From Oculatellaceae cyanobacterium bins.114 (lineage in GTDB: Bacteria; Cyanobacteriota; Cyanobacteriia; Elainellales; Elainellaceae): a DNA stretch of 12,510 bases. Below are positions 6,456 to 12,510 of this stretch, in pieces. The notes beneath the pieces are model-generated. The model was not told where the DNA came from, searched no databases, and worked only from the letters and a program-made list of their open reading frames with translations. The stretch lies in NCBI GenBank assembly GCA_033764315.1, contig JANRJA010000009.1, positions 1 to 12,510 of the forward strand. The letters run 5' to 3'. Every line of letters starts with the position of its first letter. Position 1 is the first letter of the stretch. The translations under genes were made by a program, and so were the position numbers.

Positions 6456-8579
6456 ATGTTTACTGCGCTTTGGCCTGGGAGTGTTTATCCTCTAGGTGCT
6501 CATTGGGATGGAAAAGGAACAAACTTTGCTCTGTTTTCAGAGAATGCGACGGGTGTTGAGATTTGTTTGTTCGATCGCAATGATCAAGAGACTCGCGTTG
6601 CACTAAAAGAAGTCAGCAACTTTGTCTGGCACGGTTATTTACCTGGAATTGGACCCGGTCAACGCTACGGCTATCGAGTACATGGGCCTTGGCAACCTCA
6701 AAAGGGATTCCGCTTTAACCCCAACAAGCTCTTGATTGACCCCTATGCCAAGGCGATCGATGGAGATAGCGGTAATGGTTCAGAGTTATTTGCTTACGAT
6801 TGGAGTGACCCAGCAAAAGATCTCTCGTTTTCAGAGTTAGATAGTGCAGCGTTGATACCCAAGTCAGTCGTGATTGATGAGACATTTGACTGGGAAGGAG
6901 ATACTCTACTGCGCACCCCCTGGCACGAAACAATCATCTACGAAGTCCACGTCAAAGGCTTTACTAAACTGCATCCTGATATTCCTGAAGAGTTGCGTGG
7001 TACCTATGCTGGAATTGGGCACCCTGTCGCGATCGAGCATCTTCAGCGATTGGGCATCACCGCAGTTGAACTCATGCCTGTACACCATTTTCTGGCTCAT
7101 CCAGGTCATCTCAAAGACAAGGGATTAAAAAACTACTGGGGTTACGATTCCATCAATTACCTGGCTCCCTACGCGGGTTACAGTTCCAGCGGCACGTTAG
7201 GGCAGCAAGTGACTGAGTTCAAAGAGATGGTCAAAGCCCTCCATCGAGCTGGCATTGAGGTCATTCTAGATGTGGTCTACAACCACACAGGTGAAGGCAA
7301 CCATCTTGGGCCGACTCTCTCCCTAAGAGGCATTGACAACAGCAATTACTATCGGCTAGTAGAAGGCAACGAACGGTACTACATGGACTTTACAGGGTGC
7401 GGTAACTCACTCTATGTTCGCCATCCTCAGGTACTCAAGCTGATTATGGATAGCTTGCGCTATTGGGTGCTTGAGATGCACGTAGACGGTTTCCGTTTTG
7501 ATCTAGCATCTGCCCTTGCACGCGAACTATACGAAGTGAATAGTCTATCTGCCTTTTTTGACATCATTCACCAAGACCCTGTGTTGGCAGATGTGAAATT
7601 GATTGCAGAACCTTGGGATATCGGCGATGGCGGTTATCAGGTAGGTAACTTTCCAGTACTGTGGTCTGAGTGGAACGGTAAATATCGTGATTGTGTCCGA
7701 GACTTTTGGCGGGGCGAAGATGAAACCCTGGGCGAGTTTGCCTACCGACTGACAGGTAGCCCTGATTTATATTTTCAACAAAACGGACGACGACCCAATG
7801 CCAGTATTAATTTTGTCACCGCTCATGATGGTTTTACGCTCAACGATTTAGTTAGCTACAACGAAAAACACAACGAAGCCAATGGAGAAAACAGTCAGGA
7901 TGGCGAAAGCCATAATCGCTCTTGGAACTGCGGTGTTGAAGGAGTCACTGATGACCCAGAGATTTTGGCGTTACGAGAGCGGCAGCGGCGCAATTTTCTC
8001 ACAACTTTGATGTTGTCTCAAGGCATTCCTATGTTGTTGGGAGGCGATGAATTGGGGCGAACTCAGCAAGGGAATAACAACGGTTACTGTCAAGATAGTG
8101 AGATTTCTTGGTTTAACTGGGAGCTAGTGCAGGGCAATGAAGATTTGGTCAACTTCTGTCGAGAATTAATCTATTTCCGCCGACAGCACCCCGCATTTCG
8201 CCGTCGCAAGTGGTTTCAGGGGCAAGCCATTCGTGGTGTACCTGATATCAGCTGGTTTAACCCAGATGGCAGCGAGATGACTCAAGAGCAGTGGGATATT
8301 GGCTATGCCAAATCGATCGCACTTTTTTTGAATGGCAACTTAATTCCCAGCCCAGGACAACAAGGTCAAAAGGTCAGTGATGATAGTTTTCTCCTGTTCT
8401 TTAATGCTCACTGGGAAACAATTGAGTTTGCGCTGCCGAGTGGGTTTCCAGACGATGAGTGGCAACTGGTGATTGACACGAAAGAACCACGCTTTGTTCA
8501 GGATGAGCGCATTTTTACAGGCGGTCAAGCTGTACCTGTAACAGGGCGATCGATTGTGGTGCTGCGCCAGTTGGTTTAA
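6456..8579 (+). CDS. glgX: Glycogen debranching enzyme GlgX/TreX (isoamylase, GH13)
   Basis: 707 aa. N-terminal PLGAHWDGKGTNFALFSENA (CBM48 region), NYWGYD, DVVYNH, DGFRFDLA, AEPWD, NFVTAHDGFTL, QQGNNNGYCQD. Confidence 0.96.
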   Translation: MFTALWPGSVYPLGAHWDGKGTNFALFSENATGVEICLFDRNDQETRVALKEVSNFVWHGYLPGIGPGQRYGYRVHGPWQPQKGFRFNPNKLLIDPYAKAIDGDSGNGSELFAYDWSDPAKDLSFSELDSAALIPKSVVIDETFDWEGDTLLRTPWHETIIYEVHVKGFTKLHPDIPEELRGTYAGIGHPVAIEHLQRLGITAVELMPVHHFLAHPGHLKDKGLKNYWGYDSINYLAPYAGYSSSGTLGQQVTEFKEMVKALHRAGIEVILDVVYNHTGEGNHLGPTLSLRGIDNSNYYRLVEGNERYYMDFTGCGNSLYVRHPQVLKLIMDSLRYWVLEMHVDGFRFDLASALARELYEVNSLSAFFDIIHQDPVLADVKLIAEPWDIGDGGYQVGNFPVLWSEWNGKYRDCVRDFWRGEDETLGEFAYRLTGSPDLYFQQNGRRPNASINFVTAHDGFTLNDLVSYNEKHNEANGENSQDGESHNRSWNCGVEGVTDDPEILALRERQRRNFLTTLMLSQGIPMLLGGDELGRTQQGNNNGYCQDSEISWFNWELVQGNEDLVNFCRELIYFRRQHPAFRRRKWFQGQAIRGVPDISWFNPDGSEMTQEQWDIGYAKSIALFLNGNLIPSPGQQGQKVSDDSFLLFFNAHWETIEFALPSGFPDDEWQLVIDTKEPRFVQDERIFTGGQAVPVTGRSIVVLRQLV

Positions 8580-8621
8580 GTACTTGTGTGAGATTTCTCA
8601 TATTTATCAAATATAAATACT

Positions 8622-11441
8622 ATGCGTATCCCAGTAGCAACTTATCGAATTCAATTTAACGCTGCCTATCAGTTCAACGATGCTCAAAAGATTGTGGATT
8701 ATTTGGCTCAGTTGGGCATTTCGGATCTCTATGCATCTCCTATTTTTCAGGCACGAACAGGGAGTACGCATGGTTACGATGTCACCAATCCCAATCAGAT
8801 CAACCCTGAGTTGGGTACTCAAGCAGATTTTGATGCATTAGTTGAGCAGTTACAACGCCATGACATGGGTTGGTTGCAAGATATTGTGCCAAATCACATG
8901 GCGTATGACAGTCAAAATCAGTGGTTGATGGATGTTTTGGAGAATGGGCCGAGTTCTCGCTACGTTGAGTATTTTGATATTGCCTGGAATTCTCCCTTTG
9001 AAGCAAGTCAAGAGCCTATTCTGGTGCCGCTCTTGGGTAACTTTTATGGAGACTGTCTAGAAAACGGTGAGATTCAACTGCAATATAGTGAACAGGGCCT
9101 AAATATTAACTATTACAGCCTGTCTATTCCACTTAATCTAGAGTCATATGCCACTTTTTTGGCATATCATTTAGGACAATTAGCCAGAAATTTAGGACGG
9201 AAGCATCCCTACTTTATTCGATTATTAGGAATTCTCTATCTACTTAAGACTCTCTCCTCTGAGGTGGCTGGTCAACAGCGTGAAGATCAGGCGGCCTTTG
9301 TAAAAGGCATGATGTGGGATCTGTATTCTGATAGCCCAGAAATCAAAGATTTTATTGATGAAAATCTGCGAATCTTTAACGGTGAGCCTGGTAAACCCGA
9401 AAGCTTTAATCTATTGGACTCACTGTTATCAGAACAGTTCTTTCGTCTATCGTACTGGAAAGTTGGGGCAGAAGAAATCAACTACCGCCGGTTCTTTACA
9501 GTGAATGAGTTGATCTCAGTCAAAGTTGAAGAGTTAAAAGTCTTTAACCATACTCATGACTTAATCGTTAAGTTGGTCAAGGAAGGCAAATTTACGGGCT
9601 TACGCATTGATCATATTGATGGGTTATATGATCCAACTCAATACCTAGAACGGTTGCAAGAAAAAGTGAGTGATACTTACATCACTGTTGAAAAGATTTT
9701 GCAACCCGGTGAAGATCTTCCATCTATTTGGAAGATTGAAGGCACCTCTGGATATGACTACATGAACTATGTCAATAGTCTCTTTTGTAAGACTGATAAA
9801 CAGGAGGCGTTTGATCAGATTTATTTTGACTTGACAGGTAGTGATACTCCCTTTGAAGAATTGGGCGCTGAGAAGAAACATTTGATCATTGATAAAAACC
9901 TGGCAGGAGATATTGAGAATCTGACAGTCTTAATAAAGAAAATTGCCAGTCACTATAGATATGGTAATGACTTCACGGTAAATGGACTAAAACGATCGTT
10001 GGCAGAGGTTTTGACTCGGTTTCCAATTTATCGGACTTATACCAACTCAGCCGGACTTTTAGAGAGCGATCGTCCCTATATTGAAACCGTAATTCAATCA
10101 GCAAAGGAACACACCACTTTGCTCATTAATGAGTTGAACTTCATTGAGAAGTTGATGCTGTTGCAATATGAAGACACTCTAACTCAAACTACAAAAGACC
10201 AGTGGCTCTATCTGGTCATGCGAATTCAGCAATATACGGGACCTTTGATGGCAAAAGGGGTTGAAGATACGGCTCTCTATGTCTATAATCGACTGCTCTC
10301 ACTGAATGAAGTGGGGGGCAATCCAGAACGGTTTGGCATCTCAGCGACTGAATTCCACGCATTTAACCAAGAACGGCAAAACCGTTGGCCCAACGCCATG
10401 AGTGCTACTGCGACCCATGACACTAAACGGGGTGAAGATGTGCGAGCACGGCTCAACGTTTTGTCAGAGATTCCGGATGAGTGGCATCAGCAGGTTCGTC
10501 GTTGGAGCAGCATCAACCGCAAATATAAAACAAGATTAAAGGGCGCACAAATGCCCGATCGCAATGATGAGTATGCTTTTTATCAATCACTAGTGGGTGC
10601 GCTGCCGTTTGCAGAGGCTGAGTATGATAGCTTTGTTGAGCGGGTCAAAGATTACATGCTCAAGGCGATTCGTGAGTCAAAAGTCTACACAGCGTGGTTA
10701 CGGCAAAATAGTGCTTATGAAGAAGCCTGTACTAACTTTGTCAAATCTGTTTTGGGTACGGCTGAAGACAATGAATTTCTCAAAGAACTATTGCCATTTC
10801 AAAAACGAGTTGCCTATTACGGCATTTTTAATTCCTTAGCACAGACTTTGATCAAAGTGACGTCTCCAGGCATTCCTGACTTTTATCAGGGTACAGAACT
10901 ATGGGATTTAAGCCTGGTTGACCCTGACAATCGTCGTCCAGTTGATTTTGAGCAACGGCGAGTGTTTCTGACAACGCTGCAAGAGCAGATTGAAGCTGAT
11001 CCTCTTACCTTAATTGAGGAACTCCTAACCCATTTAGAAGATGGTCGGAGCAAGCTGTTTTTAACAGTACAGACGCTCAAGGCACGCAGAGCTTATTTAC
11101 CCGTGTTTCAAACAGGAGCTTATCAACCTCTGGAAGTTGGTGGGCAGTGGCGAGATCACATCCTTGCCTTTAGTAGACAGGCAGGAGATATCACAGTGAT
11201 TACAGTCGTTCCTCGTTTTTTGACGAGTATGATTCAACCGGGTCAGCTTCCTTTAGGAGAAGAGGTGTGGAAAGATACGTATCTCAAACTCCCATTTGCG
11301 GGTTCCTCAACTTGGGATAATCTCATTACCCATCAAACAGTTGAGGCTGATACAACAATGGCGATCGCCACATCATTGCAATCTTTTCCAGTTGCCCTAT
11401 TGGTGCACCAAGGCACGGTCTCTACACCCCCCGCAAATTAA
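8622..11441 (+). CDS. treY: Malto-oligosyltrehalose synthase TreY (GH13)
   Basis: 939 aa. RIPVATYRIQ, GSTHGYDV, DIVPNHM, INYRRFF, GLRIDHIDGL, VEKIL, MAKGVEDTA, ATHDTKRGEDVRARL, PDFYQG, SLVDPDNRRPVDF. Starts 42 bp after glgX, consistent with an operon. Confidence 0.96.
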   Translation: MRIPVATYRIQFNAAYQFNDAQKIVDYLAQLGISDLYASPIFQARTGSTHGYDVTNPNQINPELGTQADFDALVEQLQRHDMGWLQDIVPNHMAYDSQNQWLMDVLENGPSSRYVEYFDIAWNSPFEASQEPILVPLLGNFYGDCLENGEIQLQYSEQGLNINYYSLSIPLNLESYATFLAYHLGQLARNLGRKHPYFIRLLGILYLLKTLSSEVAGQQREDQAAFVKGMMWDLYSDSPEIKDFIDENLRIFNGEPGKPESFNLLDSLLSEQFFRLSYWKVGAEEINYRRFFTVNELISVKVEELKVFNHTHDLIVKLVKEGKFTGLRIDHIDGLYDPTQYLERLQEKVSDTYITVEKILQPGEDLPSIWKIEGTSGYDYMNYVNSLFCKTDKQEAFDQIYFDLTGSDTPFEELGAEKKHLIIDKNLAGDIENLTVLIKKIASHYRYGNDFTVNGLKRSLAEVLTRFPIYRTYTNSAGLLESDRPYIETVIQSAKEHTTLLINELNFIEKLMLLQYEDTLTQTTKDQWLYLVMRIQQYTGPLMAKGVEDTALYVYNRLLSLNEVGGNPERFGISATEFHAFNQERQNRWPNAMSATATHDTKRGEDVRARLNVLSEIPDEWHQQVRRWSSINRKYKTRLKGAQMPDRNDEYAFYQSLVGALPFAEAEYDSFVERVKDYMLKAIRESKVYTAWLRQNSAYEEACTNFVKSVLGTAEDNEFLKELLPFQKRVAYYGIFNSLAQTLIKVTSPGIPDFYQGTELWDLSLVDPDNRRPVDFEQRRVFLTTLQEQIEADPLTLIEELLTHLEDGRSKLFLTVQTLKARRAYLPVFQTGAYQPLEVGGQWRDHILAFSRQAGDITVITVVPRFLTSMIQPGQLPLGEEVWKDTYLKLPFAGSSTWDNLITHQTVEADTTMAIATSLQSFPVALLVHQGTVSTPPAN

Positions 11442-11466
11442 GTGCTTTAAACCGTGTGACTAGAGG

Positions 11467-12370
11467 TAAGTAGCTAGGACTAATTAAATATAAGATGGGA
11501 TAGACCCTCTAAACCGAGCTTTCCATCTTTATTCCTGCTCCCATTCGGATTGTCTTAAGTGAAGCAGAAGACTCGATGTTGAGTGAGTTGCGCGTTGCCC
11601 AAACGGTGCCGCAACGGACGCGAGATCGCGCCCATATGATCCGCCTCAATGCCCAAGGGTGGAACGTCCCTGCGATTGCTGAGATTTATCAGTGTCATGA
11701 GCATACCGTGAGAGCCACGTTGCGACGCTGGCAAGCAGGAGGGTTAAGCGGGTTATGGGAAGCACCAGGGCGAGGAGCAAAAGCCAGTTGGAGTGAAGCC
11801 GACAAGCAACTGGTGGAAACCTGGGTTGAGAGCGACCCTCAAACCTATAACAGCACACAACTTGCTTGTAAACTGCAACAACAACGGCAAATTAAGCTCT
11901 CACCCGATTGGATTCGACGGGTGATGAAAAAAAGGGCTTCCGCTGGAAGCGCACCCGCCACAGCCAGCGAAACAAACAGGACTTGCTCAACAAGCAATCC
12001 AAGCAAGCAGACCTAGAACTATTGCAACAAGCCGCACAAGATCAATATATTGAGCTGAAGTATTTGGATGAATCGGGCTTTTGTCTGTGGAGTCCTGTGA
12101 GCTACAGCTACAGCCGCATCGGCACACAGAAATGCATCGAGCAGACCCAGCAACGCTATGGTAGCCGGATTAGCATTCTGGGGCTTTGGCAACCCGATGA
12201 ACACTTCGAGTATGCACTAGTGCAGGGCGGCTTTAAGAGCGCAAGCTACATCCGTGTGATGGATTGGGTTGCGGCAACGGCGGCTCAAACACTTGAACGA
12301 ACCGGAAGGCTTACCGTTATCGTTCAAGACAATGGACCCATTCACACCAGTAAAGTGGTTCGTCAACACT
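11467..12370 (+). mobile_element. IS630-family insertion sequence, left part (interrupted at about 12370)
   Basis: Left end TA|AGTAGCTAGGACTAATTAAAT (TA is the IS630 target dinucleotide). It contains an HTH ORF and a DDE ORF joined by a slippery A7 tract. Confidence 0.88.
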
Positions 12371-12372
12371 AA
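11531..12372 (+). pseudogene. IS630 transposase, two ORFs joined by a -1 frameshift, truncated before the catalytic Glu
   Basis: OrfA (PAPIRIVLSEAED..RDRAHMIRLNAQGWNVPAIAE..HTVRATLRRW, HTH) and OrfB (KKGFRWKR..YLDESGF..IVQDNGPIH) overlap at AAAAAAAG (11927-11934). OrfB stops at VRQH and lacks the usual LP.Y.PE.N.IE motif. Confidence 0.88.
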
Positions 12373-12510
12373 ACTTAATCGGAAATAGCTAGATTAGTAG
12401 AAAAAGGTTGAGGGTAAACTGCGGGGCTTAGAATGCTGTCTTACGAGCAAGTTCAAAACAAACCACAAGTACTACAAAGCTTAACAGGACTGAAAGCGAG
12501 CGAATTTGAA
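12371..12510 (+). mobile_element. Left end of a second IS (IS5 family, ISL2-group-like) nested in the IS630 transposase
   Basis: IS630 homology ends at about 12370. New sequence AAACTTAATCGGAAATAG follows, and then a transposase-like ORF start. The exact junction is uncertain by 1-3 nt. Confidence 0.7.
12433..12510 (+). CDS. Transposase N-terminus (HTH_Tnp_4/DDE_Tnp_4-type), partial, runs off the window
   Basis: ATG at 12433 reads MLSYEQVQNKPQVLQSLTGLKASEFE. The (S/R)LTGL...EF pattern is typical of the N-terminus of ISL2-group transposases. Not in the supplied ORF track because it is only 26 codons here. Confidence 0.7.
   Translation, partial: MLSYEQVQNKPQVLQSLTGLKASEFE

Larger units (their letters stand above)
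278..11368. repeat. HIP1 octamer GCGATCGC, 12 dispersed copies
   Basis: Exact copies start at 278, 612, 956, 1216, 2937, 3351, 3841, 4824, 5241, 5619, 6136 and 11361 (manual count). This density is a hallmark of cyanobacterial genomes. Confidence 0.9.

Noticed and set aside
6715..11080. Short alternative-frame and antisense ORFs inside glgX and treY
   Set aside because: They overlap long conserved GH13 genes almost entirely and have no recognisable features.
11646..12204. Minus-strand ORFs 11646-11858 and 12019-12204
   Set aside because: They are antisense to the IS630 transposase.

Overview
Cyanobacterial DNA (12 exact HIP1 GCGATCGC sites counted by eye). The core is a putative general-stress/desiccation gene cluster: a YflT-like membrane protein fused to a C-terminal ChaB domain, a stand-alone EAL phosphodiesterase with an N-terminal Cys cluster, a DUF2795-type small protein, and a glgX/treX-treY glycogen-to-trehalose operon. 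An atypical zinc-ribbon type IA topoisomerase sits in the middle, with a LexA-box-like site and an RBS-masking hairpin upstream. Both edges are shaped by mobile DNA. On the left, a probable IS end truncates a hybrid histidine kinase at about nt 139/140. On the right, an IS630 element is inserted 25 bp after treY, directly after an SD-like GAGG, and is itself interrupted by a second IS (IS5/ISL2-like). Intergenic regions carry REP-like repeats, including a nested MITE-like > REP > 26-nt insert structure, and a recurring TCTGCC-N3/4-GGCAGA-like palindrome near several stress genes. No rRNA, tRNA or CRISPR array was seen. Family assignments come from recognised motifs only; no searches were run.
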